The notes under the pieces were generated by a model that saw only the letters and a program-made list of their open reading frames with translations, was not told where the DNA came from and searched no databases. This document shows, piece after piece, positions 50,465 through 62,789 of a stretch of DNA of 64,000 bases; within the stretch, counting starts at the first letter, position 1; every line of letters starts with the position of its first letter. Position numbers and translations under genes: made by a program. The DNA is from Podarcis liolepis (Eukaryota): assembly GCA_965112155.1 (NCBI GenBank), contig OZ218103.1. One strand, written 5' to 3'.

Positions 50465-50690
50465 CAGTGGTACCTTGGGTTATATACGCTTCAGGTTACA
50501 GACTCCGCTAACCCAGAAATAGTACCTTGGGTTAAGAACTTTCCTTCAGGTTGAGAACAGAAATCGTGCAGCGGCGGCGCGGCAGCAGCAGGAGGCCCCA
50601 TTAGCTAAAGTGGTGCTTCAGGTTAAGAACAGTTTCAGGTTAAGCACGAACCTCCGGAACGTATTAAGTACTTAAACTGAGGTACCACTG
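50465..50690. mobile_element. Tigger/pogo-type MITE (same family as 26654)
   Basis: TIRs, TA TSD, near identity. Confidence 0.92.
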
Positions 50691-51924
50691 TACCCACTAA
50701 TTTGCAGTTGATATGTGTGGGAGAAAAGTTGGAGGCACGCAGTGGCAGCTTGGCTTCATGTCGTTGTCTGTCAACTTCCCTGCCAACCTCTGCTGCCTTG
50801 AGATAGTTTGGGAACATGGGGATTGGGCTTGTGTGTATGGCTTTCCAGGCAGGATTAGAGCCCTAAATGTATTTTAAGATTACCAAGGGCTGCCAAAAAA
50901 GGCCTTGCGGCCCGCACATTGGACCATCCTGCTCTTTGCCATTTCACACTAAAGGATGGAACTAGAACATTGAATTGGACCTAGAAGCAAATGGGAAGCT
51001 GATGAAGTTGGTGTAAAATCAGTTCAGTGCTCCAGCCTAAGAGTACCAGACAAGTCTGGCTGCCGTATTTTGTGCTAATTGGCACCATACCCTAAATGTC
51101 ACCATCCCACTTTTGCAACAACAAAGCCACTCTTCCCTCCGAGCTATTCTTTCCCCTTGCTTTACTTGCTCCGCCATTTTTGTACTGCCATCCACTGCAG
51201 CTTCAATCTTGAAGATCACTAACTGTTCCAAGCACCAATACGATTGCAAAACCTTGCCTTCTGTGTTTGATAGGTCTAGTTTTTGTCACCTATTGATTCC
51301 CAACCCCCAAAGTTTTCCTGATACCTGAAAGGTCCAAATTATTTTCTTATTGAAAGTAAGCAAATTACAAATTAGAGGACTTGTGAGGAATCTGCTTTAA
51401 TTTTAACCGCATACCCCCTGGCCATGAGGCAAAGGAAGGATAAACCTTGGCATGAAAAACACAAACAAAAATGCCAACCTATTTTGTTATTACCCTGAAT
51501 CCATGGGCTGGAAAAGGGAAGGAAAAATCTTGGCATGATTGATAGAAAACGGATGGTGACAACAAGCAGTACGGAAGTCAAGAAACTTGTGCTGCGGGTT
51601 GATTTTGGCTTCAGAACTGTGAAAGAAAAGTCCCAACAGGATAAAAGCAGATTGGAACTGGCAAAAAGTACAGAGTCTAGTCCAGAGTAGCAACTGAATG
51701 ATCAATGACTAATTTGTGGGGAATCTACTGAGCAAGACCTGAGATCACAGAACATGAGACAAGGCACAACTACATAGTGGAAAGCATTACAGCAAATAAA
51801 AACAAAACAAACCTCAATTAAATTAGCTCAGTCCTGAAAAACACTCCGCAACTTCCTTGATATGTACTTGTCCTCAAGGAAGTGCAGACCACAAGTGAAA
51901 ATGGAGGTTCCAGAAGCATTACTA

Positions 51925-52765
51925 CCGTATTTTTCACTCTATAAGAGCACCTGACCATAAGACACACCTAGTTTTTAGAGGAGGAAAACAAGAAAAAAAA
52001 TATTCTGAATGAAACAGTGGATGTATGATTTTTGTGGTTCATGCTGTGGCCACAGACATGATATGTGATTTGACGGTGAGTTTTGGGTAGCCCAGTGCAA
52101 AAATCCTGAGAAACCATGTGGATCCGTGCTTTGTAACCATGTTTTTGCACCATTGCGGCCCCTCGAAACAGTGGATGTGTGATTTTCTTTTGGTGCAGGC
52201 TGTAGCCATGGACATGCTATGTGATCTGAAGATGAATTTGGGGTGACCCAATGCAAAAATCCTGAGGATCCATGTGCTTTTACCTCCCCCCTCCCAGGCA
52301 GCCTCCTTTATCTCTAGAGTCCCTTATCTCCCTCCCGATCCCTTGCCGATCAGCTGCTCGGCGGCTTTGTTTCAACACCCCCTTCCCTATTGTTTGCCTT
52401 AGTGTCTTTTCCTTAGCTGGAGCAATTTTTTGCTCCTCCTTTTCTTCTAATTTCTCTCCTCATTGCTTTAATCTTCCTGTCTCCTCTCCTTGCAAGTTCG
52501 CTGTCTTTACCTCCCACCTCCCAGGCAGCCTCCTTTATCACTAGAGTCCCTTATCTCCCCTCTATCGCTTGCCGATCAGCTGCTCAGCGGCTTTGTTTAA
52601 ACACCCCCTTCCCTCTTTCTAAAAAAAAAGAAAGAAAGCACGATCTGCTTTTTGCCCCTGGGCAATTCGGCCCCAGGGACCACACATTCGCTCCATAAGA
52701 CGCACAGACATTCCCCCTTACTTTTTAGGAGGAAAAAAGTGTGTCTTATGGAGCGAAAAATACGG
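51925..52765. mobile_element. Non-autonomous pogo/Tigger-type DNA transposon with internal duplications
   Basis: TIR ccgtatttttc ... gaaaaatacgg, TA TSD; internal repeats 52011-52130/52166-52280 and 52278-52390/52506-52615. Confidence 0.88.
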
Positions 52766-53370
52766 TAATTATTAAACTGCTTTTGGTGTCAAATACATTA
52801 ATTCCACTAACTGTTAAATTTGTTGGTTTCAAGAATTTTATATTGTAATACCCTAAAGAATTTTGTGGTGGTGAAACCTCTGGCAGTGATTGAGCTGATG
52901 AAATGTCATGGAATGTTCACAACAGAACATTCTCAGTCTTTTACAATTTCATACAGGCGCTTGGGACAGAGGGGTTGTTACTTTGGCAATAGAGGCAGGC
53001 TGCTCTAATGCCCAAGGTAGCTTTAACTAGTCAAATTGGATAATGGATTCTAGCCTTCTATGGTAACCACATCTTCAAGTTCGGATGTGTTCCATCTAGC
53101 ATATGGCAATCCTCAATATTTTTTTAAAACACTTTTATTTCTAAATGCCAAACATATGTTTCTCTGGAGAGGACAAGTCTGGAAAGACCTCAGTGTTAAT
53201 GAATATTAGAGCTTAAACTTCACCTCAATTCCAGATTAATCTTTGTACAGCTATTTCTATGCATTTGCTTAACATCTGGGGGTCATGTTTATTAAGATGG
53301 CATCAATGTTTATTCTTGCATTTGAAGTGCCAGGAGCAGTTGATTTGTTTAAAATCAAAGCTGGGCTATA

Positions 53371-53612
53371 CAGTGGTACCTCAGGTTAAGTACTTAATTC
53401 GTTCTGGAGGTCCATTCTTAGTTTGAAACTGTTCTTAACCTGAAGCACCGCTTTAGCTAATGGGGCCTCCTGCTGCCGCCGCGCCGCCAGAGCACGATGT
53501 CTGTTCTCATCCTGAAGCAAAGTTCTTAACCCGAGGTAATATTTCTGGGTTAGTGGAGTCTGTAACCTGAAGCGTATGTAACCTGAAGCATATGTAACCC
53601 GAGGTACCACTG
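53371..53612. mobile_element. Tigger/pogo-type MITE (same family, opposite orientation)
   Basis: TIRs, TA TSD. Confidence 0.92.
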
Positions 53613-54394
53613 TACCTGGTTTTGTCTTGCAGAAGAGAGCTTCCAGGTGGGGTGTACCTGAGTTGGGCATTTTATTTATTTATTTCATTTATAAAAGTAT
53701 TAATAGGCCACAATTTACATAACCAAAACATAAACCTAATTTTAAGGAATGCAAGACGCATACACATACACACAACATGCATTGCAACATGCATTAAGGG
53801 TACTTTCAAATGCATCATTTAGATTTGATTTTAGTGTCTGTCTGCCTGCACATTAGCTCCAAACACAATTTTTTTCGAGTCATGAATTTTCATTGCTATG
53901 CTGATCTTATTCAGAAGCTTCAATTGCTCCTTCAATTGCTCCTTCCCCTTTCCACAACCCTTTTCTGTTCTGGGCATACACACAGATAGATAATTTTCAG
54001 GAAGTGTGCAAGAGCAAATGTTACAAGACCTACTAATTATCATGTTTCCTAATGGGTAAAATGAAGGTTTGTGCCGTCTTTTTATATGTGCATGTGTGAA
54101 TTTTCATTTAAAAATATGTTACTTAATACCAAAATAGGCTAAGTTACATTTATCTGGGTTAGGCTTGCACCCCAACTGATAAAGAGGTATTGTTGAAGAC
54201 CCTTGTGTTGTTGTTGTTTAAGTATCTTGAGAATACAGCTTCCCCCTTAACAGCTTGCTGTGATCTGAACATGTCTTCAACATTGCCAGCTGGTGGAAAC
54301 AGGCATGCTAATATTGGGGGGGGGGGAGTGTACTTGAAACAAAATGGCCATCTTGTGCTCAGGTAAGGAGCAAATGGAAACAGGGTTTTGGTGG

Positions 54395-54961
54395 TGTCAA
54401 AGAGAGAACCGGCAGTAAATCACACTGTTTGAAGTTGGAGTTTACTTTATTACAAGTAAAAAGAAAAAAAAGACTCAGACTTAGCTGAGTGTCTTATCCC
54501 ATGAATCAGCTGCCGAGAAAGTCCTCGCCTCCCACAGCTGTCTAAGTCTCCCCGTCTCCAGAGCTTTTCCCAAGCAATCGGACACCATGCCTGTGTGCAG
54601 CCTGCCATAGCTCTGCCAGTTTCAGACCTCTTCAAGTTCTGGGAGATGGAGACGAGGGAGCAGCAGAAGAGGGAAACAACCCGGGAGTCTTCACCAGCCT
54701 GACTCATCTCTGCCTCTTAGCTTCCCTCCTCCAACTCACACAGCTTCTTCCTCTGATTCTGGACTTCTCTCTGACACAGACTCTCCCAGCTCACTAAGCC
54801 CTGTTACCCCTTCAGCTTCTGACACTTCCTCTTCCCAGTCTTCTTACTGTGATCACTCATCATTGTCCCACCACCAATCCCCGGGCCCTGAGTCTTACTC
54901 CTTTGGGGATTTCCCAGTTGGTTCCTCCCACCGTTTCTCTGCATCCAACCAGTCAATGACA
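54395..54961 (-). mobile_element. Solo LTR, 567 bp
   Basis: TGTCA...TGACA termini, 5-bp TSD ggtgg, AATAAA on minus strand near 54446. Confidence 0.85.
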
Positions 54962-55237
54962 GGTGGAATTAGATGTCACAAAGAGAAATGTCACCATAGG
55001 TGACAAGTTACCCAGACACAAAAATGTGCTAATAAATTTCAATGAATTTTGCTCATTGTATAATGTTATTTATACCCCCTGTTGTCACAAGTCAACACTT
55101 TCTTGAGAGGCACTACAAAATTAGGGGAGGGGGAATTCAACACTTAGATTTCAATACATGATCTAGTTCTCAAACCTTATATTGCCATACCAGCCCTTTA
55201 TTTAGTACAGCATTTGCCAACCTAGTATTCTCCAGAT

Positions 55238-55594
55238 AAGGGACGCGGGTGGCGCTGTGGGTAAAACCTCAGTGCCTAGGACTTGCTGATTGTATGGTTG
55301 GGGGTTCGAATCCCCGCGGCGGGGTGAGCTCCCGTCGTTTGGTCCCAGCTCCTGCCCACCTAGCAGTTCGAAAGCACCCCCAAGTGCAAGTAGATAAATA
55401 GGGACTGCTTTATAGCGGGAAGGTAACGGCGTTTCCGTGCACTGCGCTGGTGCTGGCTTGCCAGAGCAGCTTCGTCACGCTGGCCACGTGACCCGGAAGT
55501 GTCTCCGGACAGCGCTGGCTCCCGGCCTCTAGAGTGAGATGAGCGCACAACCCTAGAGTTGGACACGACTGGCCCGTACGGGCAGGGGTACCTT
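55238..55594 (+). mobile_element. Full-length Sauria SINE (different subfamily)
   Basis: tRNA-like head gggacgcgggtggcgctgtggg, box B ggttcgaatccc, accttt tail; TSD tattctccagat. Confidence 0.92.
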
Positions 55595-55779
55595 TATTCT
55601 CCAGATGTCTTCTGCTACAAATCCTGTCACCCTCAGCCAGTGCATTGTTGTTTTTAAAAAATGTTTGGGAATACTCTCATTTTCCTACATAAAATGGGGT
55701 TTTAGAGTTTTTAGGGGTTTTTGAATGTTTTGTGTAGTTTTTATGTAGTTTTATGTAGTTTTGTGGTAGTTTCATGTAG

Positions 55780-55842
55780 TTTTTCAATTTCATTGTTCCG
55801 CAAGGGACAACGACAATAAAGATATCGTAATCGTAATCGTGA
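55780..55842 (+). mobile_element. Rex1/RTE-like LINE extreme 3' end; second copy inverted at ~56280-56325
   Basis: aatttcattgtt...gacaacgacaataaag followed by short tandem tail. Confidence 0.5.
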
Positions 55843-56609
55843 TATTGAAATAGTGCTCCACAATGAGGCCAAACTTAGATTCACAAAATGTTTAGGGGTA
55901 TGTGCACCCCTGAGTCCCCTCAGAAAATAAGCACTGCCCTCAGCCATCACAGCTATGATAATGGGCTGAAGGGAGTTGTAATTCAAAACATCTGGAGGAT
56001 ACCAAGCTGGCAAAGGCTGATTTCCTACTTAAAATGGAGCGTATCAATAGCTAGCTGTTACCATGTCAAAAAAGAATTGTAGCATCATCTTAATGCCTGG
56101 CAACTGTTTAGAACCAATGTGCCATTAGCATCTAGTTAAATATTGTGTCTAGGTTCAGGCAATGACTTTAAGAAACAAGTGGATAATTTAAAAGAAAGCA
56201 GGAATATATTGGATTTAAAATGTAATATATATGAAAGCAACTTTTTAACTTATTTACTTATTTTATTAAATAATTAATTAATAATATCTTTATTGTCATT
56301 GCCCCCTCTCGGGGACAACGAAATTACTTAAACTATTCCCCATCTGGGTTTTAAAGTGGCTTACCAAATGGAAACATAAAATATACAAAAATTCAAAACA
56401 ATAATTAAACAAGCGAGATTTAAAACATCAGAGATTAACACATCAGAGCAGCATTAACTCAGCAAAGGCCTCCTGGAATAAAATAGTTTTAACCAGGCAT
56501 CTGAGAGCTGGTTAAGTTGAAGCTGAAGGCACTGAAAATATTTATCAAGGAGAAAACAACAGGAGTTCCAGTCTTGAAAGTGCCTATGCTGTCAAAAAGC
56601 TGGCAACTC

Positions 56610-56860
56610 TTTTCAAGTACATATCTAAACAGCTGCTATAAGGTTGATGGAGATCAATTGTTCTCCATAGCTACTGAAGGTAAGGGAGGAAGCAATGGCT
56701 TTTGAGTTACAAGAACATTTTCAGCTTAAATATTACAAAAAGAATTGTAAATACTGTATGAAAATTGTTGGAGAGTGGAATAAGTTAATAGTGGTGATTA
56801 TGGAATCCCTTTCACTGGAAATTATTTTAAAATAGGCCAGGGAAAAGCATCTGCCAATAT
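56610..56860 (+). mobile_element. Old CR1 LINE 3' fragment
   Basis: Degenerate CR1 3' motifs (ttcaagtacat...ttgttctcc...aatggc...tccctttcactgga). Confidence 0.55.
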
Positions 56861-58538
56861 GATTTGGCAGTGTGCCTATCTGGGAACTTGCCAATACACT
56901 ACCGGAAATGGTCTGGGTATTTGGAGTATAGAACTTCAGAAGCATAAACAGTTTAAGAATGGAGCTTGTTCACAACACAAATCTTTTATGGCTAAAGAAA
57001 GTCTTTCCTTCCTACTGTTCCATGTTCATCATGACTCCATTCTTGCCAGCTCCTCTTTCACAAATGGGCCTTTTACCACAGAAGGCCAAGACTGCCACAA
57101 TGAATGGCTCCTCACAGCTCCTTTCAGAGGCAGAACTTGCAGAAGTAGCCTTAAGGAAACTTACAAGGCCTGGGCACCTGACTGATAGCATCCTGCATCT
57201 TTGGCATTCAGAGTTGAAAGTTATGGTAATTAATAATGCCATCATTCAGAAGATGGAAAAGTGATTTATAGCTGGGTTGCAAATGAGTTTAGGACTGCTT
57301 CACACATTATGCTAAATATGAATCTGCACTTGTTCATTGCATGGTTCATGTATTATGTGGGAGACACATATATCAAAAAGATCACTGGTCATTCACAGCC
57401 TCACAGCACATGTTTACTACATGTTAACACCTCCCCTCCAAACATTCTAGATTCCAATATTTCCTTGAATGTCAGAGCTCCGCATACTTTTAGCATGTTC
57501 TGGTAAACCAGAAAAGCAACAGTGTGTGTCTCCTACTATGAGAAGCGTTTTTGTTTGTTTCTTTTATATAGTATTTGTTTTGTAGCCCTTTCTAGAGGTG
57601 AGGTGGGGGATAAGAGAGAGAGAACAGTGGACACTGTGTGTCTCTATATCTATCAATTTTGTGAATTCGACTGGAGGAGAAATGTTTGGTGGCTTATGTA
57701 GCAACAAACTCTGTATTAACCATTTCCCTGCATTCACTCATTAAAAGTTACTGCAGCAGCAGCAGCAGCTGTTTAGTAAGGAAAGACTGCTTGATTGCAG
57801 ATGTCAAAGAGTTAAACAACTGTAAAAATTTTCATAGACATCTGAAGGCAACCCTGTTTTAGGAAGCTTTTAATGTTTTATGTTGGTTTTCCCCTTGTAT
57901 TTTTATTGGAAGCCTCCCAGAATGGCTGGGGCAACCAAGTCAGGTGAGCAAGGTTTAATAAATAATTGTTGTCGTATTTCCAGAAAAAGTGTATCTGCTT
58001 CCAACATGTCCCTCTCATAGCAAAGTTCAAAATATATTGAATGCAGCATGGAGGAAATGCTGTTGCTCCCTTATACAGAACCTCTTCCCCTGTCCATAAA
58101 AGTGCAGAGAATAATTGATGGAGGTTGTTTTTTTAGTGAGACAGTGTACATGTGAAATGGTCCACTTTCCAAAATGAGTGCTATACTAGTCTTATTGTGA
58201 AAAAAAACACAAGGTTCAAAATCACAGCCCTGCCTAGACAAAATCTTACCAGCTGCCACTGATTTTTTAAGCTTTTCTTATGTAATTATAAATCTGTGGT
58301 TCTAATTTAAACATACATTGGCAGCAGTTGACATGGGTGTCACACCAAATGTATGGTTTGCACCAGGCGCAGTTATGGCTAGTTATGGCACTGGTTAAGC
58401 GCACAAGAAGAGGGTGAGAACAGAGAACAACGTGGCCAGAATTAGGTCCTGCCACCTCATCCTTGGTATGTGTGTTGGGGGAGCCGGTTGTGGCTACTAA
58501 CTGGTGGGAGAAAATCACACTCTGCACATTCCTGAAAG

Positions 58539-59032
58539 CAGGGCCGGATTTAGGTTGGATGAGGCCCTAAGCTACTGAAGGTAATGGAGCCTTTTATATG
58601 TCTAGCTGTCCTTTGTCAACAACAAATTGTCGCCGTCTTTTGCGTTGAATATATGCTATATGGTAATTTATGTACCGAATAGGTATCTAAAGCCATTTGC
58701 ACATAACAAAATATGTATTTTATCAAGGTAATTGTTGAACTGAATTAAGTATATTAATAGTGAAATAATTATTAAGCTCTAACTTAAAATGATTTTTTAT
58801 TCATAACAAACTTAATAATGCAAACACATTGGCATTTGGCAATAACAAAAGTTCCTTTAGAAACACAATTTACAAAGCCTCATAATCTTTATTTTGTTTT
58901 ATTTGGTTTTTCTCTTATATTTTGGAAATGTACATCCAGTTGTTTTCCCCCCCTTTATAACTTTTTTGGGGCCCCCAAAAGAGTGGGGCCCTAAGCTATA
59001 GCTTGTTTAGCTTATACGTATATCCGGCACTG
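58539..59032. mobile_element. hAT-like non-autonomous element just upstream of the UQCC1 promoter
   Basis: TIRs cagggccggat / atccggcactg with subterminal ggccctaagct repeats; TSD poorly preserved. Confidence 0.75.
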
Positions 59033-59059
59033 CTAGAGAAAGCACCTTCCTCGCCATTA

Positions 59060-59800
59060 AAAATACATCAAGTTTCCGACGCTTTACGGGGAACAGATTT
59101 CGAAGAGGATAAAATTAAAAGAAACCTTCACGGCGTTTCCCAACAGCCAGCCCCCCTGACCCCCTACGGAAAGTCTCCTGGCTTCCCCATAATACGAGCT
59201 GCCCCACAGGCACAGGTCCTGGCGCAAAACTACCATCGAGGCTACGAAGGAGCTTCTTCGGGCGCATGCCCCGCCGCCCCCGGCCAGACACGCTCCGCAA
59301 GAGCATCCCGGGGGGACTAGGTGGCGGCGCCGGCATCGGATGAAGGAGCGGAAGCACTTTGAAGTTTGGCGGAAGCGGAAGCTCGTCCTTGAAGGATTAT
59401 GGCGGCGCTGGTGAGGGTTGTGGTGAGTGAGGTTGGCGACTGCCTTTGCGCGCTGCCTTCGTGAGCTCGGCGTGTCGGCACCGCTCTCTCGGCCTGCAGG
59501 GCCCGAGGGATAGGGCTGGGGAGGCCGGCTTCGGGCAGCCTCTCCGGCGCCGTGGGCTTGAACCAGCCAAGGGGCGCGGGGTGGGCGTGTGTTGGGGGGG
59601 TGGAGAAAAGGTCCGCAGGGGGCTGTCGGTGGGCAGCCCCACAAGCTGCGGCCCGGTTGGCGGTGGGAAGGCTGAGGAAATCGGGAGCGAGGGTTCCTGC
59701 TGCCCATGGAAGCTTTGCCCTTGGAGGCTTCGGCGAGGTGACAGACGTTGCTGTGGGAAGGACGAAAGCGCCGTAGCTGCTTCTGTTGGGACCCGTCGTA
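59060..59800 (+). promoter_or_regulatory. UQCC1: UQCC1 CpG-island promoter with tandem ETS/GABP (CGGAAG) and NRF1-like (GCGCATGC) motifs
   Basis: cggaag x3 at 59349-59381; gggcgcatgccc at 59261; typical of nuclear-encoded mitochondrial genes. Confidence 0.8.
59399..59422 (+). CDS. UQCC1: UQCC1 coding exon 1 (MAALVRVV)
   Basis: attATGg start, donor GTGAGT; human MALLVRVL; synteny downstream of GDF5. Confidence 0.88.
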
Positions 59801-59847
59801 GAAGCATCACAGGCCTTCCCAGAATTAGGCATAAAATTATTTGTTGC

Positions 59848-60047
59848 ATTTATATCCCACCTTTTTCTCCAGAGAGCTCAAGGTGGCATACATAGTCCCC
59901 CCCTCTCAGTTAATCCCCACAACAACCCTGTGAGGTAGGTTAGGTTGAGAGATTGTGACTGGCCCAAGATCATCCAGTGAACTTCATGGCTCAGCGGGGA
60001 ATTTGAACCCTGGTCTCCCAGATCCTAGTCCAACACTAACCATTACA
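59848..60047 (-). mobile_element. MIR/Squam3-like CORE-SINE
   Basis: cacaacaaccctgtgaggtagg...gtgactggcccaag...tttgaaccc. Confidence 0.8.
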
Positions 60048-61295
60048 ATGCTTGTAAAGTAACTTCAGCGGCTGAGGCAGAAGCTCTGGTTGTATAACCA
60101 GGATCTTCAGCTCTTAATTTAATAGTTTGGCTCATGCTCTGTCATAATTAGTAGTACAGTAGTGCTACTTTTTAAATATTTGTAATGGCAATGGAGGTGG
60201 GCTCTGAGTCAAAGCTCTTTGCAGAGATGGTCTTGACTTAAGCGCCACATTTTTCAGCTCTGTTTTCACTGCACCATTTCATGCCTGGTTCTCTGTGTCT
60301 GTATGGCTTAAATCAGAAATGGGGCATACGTGTCAGATAGAGAGCTGTATATCCTTCTGGGCCACCTTCTGGGAGCTGTGTGCCAGTGGTGGAAAGGGCC
60401 AGAGGCAATGTGGGGAAAGCAACAAATAGAAAGTTTATATTTGTAAACACACACACACACACACCCCTCCATTCAGGGAAGCAAGAAGGATTATCAGAGT
60501 TCAAATACACATTCCAGCCAAGCAAAGACATTTGGGGTATGAAACAAGGCTGGTGAGGTGTGAGTCTGGGGAGAGTCATATTTATGGCCAAGGCTCCCCA
60601 CTCCTGGCTTAAACCTGAAGAATAGGAAGCTAAACCTCTTTTTGGCTTTTCTGCTTGCTTACTAGCAGCAGCCTTTTAAGTCTCATTGTCTGTTATAACA
60701 TTCTTCTTACGGGCTATGTAGTCAGCAAAAGGGCTGGAACTGGAAGGGACATGTGGGTTGATTTATCCAATCTTCTTTGGCCAGGCGGGATCTTTTAGAA
60801 GTTAAGCCATGTTACCCTGATTATATAATCTAGGATATAATTATATAAGAGAATAGCAGTGAGCAAGGTGTGGTAAGACACACAATGTCTTGAGGCAGGA
60901 AATAATTTAGACACATGGAGCCAGTTATATAATTTCCTGATTTTTGCTTGTATCAGTCATGTAGAATGATTGTGGGTCCTTTTACACTGGGAACATTTAG
61001 TTGTTTTTCTTCATATCTTTGTGATTTTAGTTAAGACTTCACAGCTCTTAGTAGAGAACGTATCAGTTTGCCTGAGCAGATACTTCTGCATGCCCATTAC
61101 ATATTTGAACTTCTAGCAGTATGTTACTTTGAACTATAATTGTTCATACTGAATCGTGCTGAGGAGATACAGAATCTTCAGATGAGCAGCACTTGTGTTT
61201 TTACAGTATTATTCAAACATGGGGTTATAGGAAGGTGGGTGTTTGATAATGCTGGTCAAAATAATCATTGCTGATTAGTGGCTATTATTTTATAG

Positions 61296-61400
61296 ACTCA
61301 TCGAGCTGGAGTACCACAATGGATTGCATTATGCAGTGGATTGATACAAACGACATTAGCTCAGCAACAATGGGGCAGAATGCTCCATGGCACTCTCCAG
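61296..61400 (+). CDS. UQCC1: UQCC1 coding exon 2 (THRAGVPQWIALCSGLIQTTLAQQQWGRMLHGTLQ)
   Basis: 105 nt, tatag|...CAG|GTACG; resembles human SQWVPVCSRLI segment. Confidence 0.85.
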
Positions 61401-62239
61401 GTACGATTTTTTTTTTAATTGCAAGAATGAGAACTTTGCTAGATCTTATCATGGAATTAATAACTGTTGTTGTTTTCAGAGCCCTAAGAGCTTTGCAAAT
61501 CTGTAGTGGTTCAATGGCTAGTATTTCATAATGGCTATATATTGCTGCCTCTGAATAAAACTTCTGGAGAACATGAGTGTGAGTGTGTTCATACCCTCAT
61601 GTCCTGCTTGTGAGCTTCCCACAGGTATTTGGTTGGCCACTGTGGGAACAGAATGCTGGGCTAGATAGGTCTGAGAGCTGATCCAGCAAGTCTACTCTCT
61701 AACATTCCAATATTAACTTTCCATGGCTTGTATTTACTCTTATTTCAGGGAACTGAATAGTTTGAGCCAGGTGTGACTTGCCATGCTAGTATTTACCCTT
61801 TCTCATGGCCCAGCATGATGTATACAATATGGAACATTATTCCTCGCAAAACAGATGAAATATTGAGTGTAATTCTTTAGGCTTACAGCTCTCCTCAGTG
61901 GTTTTATGGGTGCACTAACTGGAAATGGTATCAGCCTTGTGTCAGAAAGACAGTCTAAAGGAAAACTGTGTGCTCATCATTTGCTTTAGCCTATGAGTGC
62001 CTCAAGGATATGGGACAGTTATCAATATTTTAAATGGTCTGAAATGGGTATTTGCTATTTGAATGTTGATGAAAATAGGAAGCAAATAATAAATACCATA
62101 AGCTCTATACCACATCCAAGCATATACAAAAAGTATTTTGGTTCAAAAGATAATGAAGAATGCAGACTTTTCAGCTTCATTGAGATAACTTTTACTGTAA
62201 TTGTTCCCAGTTGCTGGGAATCACAAGAAGGCAGAGTGC

Positions 62240-62355
62240 TGTTGTGTGAAGATTCTGCTTGCAGATTTCCTATGGGTTTCTGGTTGGCCACTGTAAAAAC
62301 AGGATGTTGGAAAAGATGGGCCTTTGGCCTGATCCAGCAGGCTCTTCTTATGTTT
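62240..62355 (+). mobile_element. Old SINE 3' half (related copies ~61600-61700 and ~20750-20830)
   Basis: ggttggccactgt...gggcctttggcctgatccagcaggctcttcttatgtt. Confidence 0.6.
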
Positions 62356-62684
62356 TCAAGAAATTCCTGATAGTTGCAATAATTCTTAGGTCGAGGGTGT
62401 GTGGTGTCTTCATGACCTTTTCATCTTTTCTGGTGTATGAAGCTGGTAAGTTTAGAAGGCCAAGGCAATGTAAGTCTTTCCTTATGTATTTGCTACTTTT
62501 CTTCATCAAAGTTGTGCTGTGCTCATGTGTATAATAAGCCTGATAACTTTGCAAGTCTCTGATCTGAAATTCTTCCACAGGGAAACACTAATGTGTAATT
62601 TGTGTGCCTAACTTTATGATCCATTGTTGCCCTTCCATACTACTATTTTTTACGCTTGGTTATTTCTCTTTGTTGTTTTACCAG

Positions 62685-62789
62685 AGACGCAAGAATGGCC
62701 AGTCACAACTAACCCAAGTTTGCTGTGGATTAATACAAACCATTGGTACAGTAAAGCAGCCAAACAGAACACTTCATCACACAAACAAG
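62685..62789 (+). CDS. UQCC1: UQCC1 coding exon 3 (RRKNGQSQLTQVCCGLIQTIGTVKQPNRTLHHTNK); gene continues beyond right edge
   Basis: 105 nt, polypyrimidine-ccag|...AAG|GTCAG; resembles human QLNRKYHTTRK. Confidence 0.82.

Noticed and set aside
52011-52615. CRISPR-like repeat array
   Set aside because: Eukaryotic DNA; long imperfect duplications inside a TIR transposon, with no repeat-spacer pattern
59003-59895. Cluster of 100-207 aa ORFs on both strands
   Set aside because: CpG-island artefacts; only the 24-nt UQCC1 exon 1 is supported
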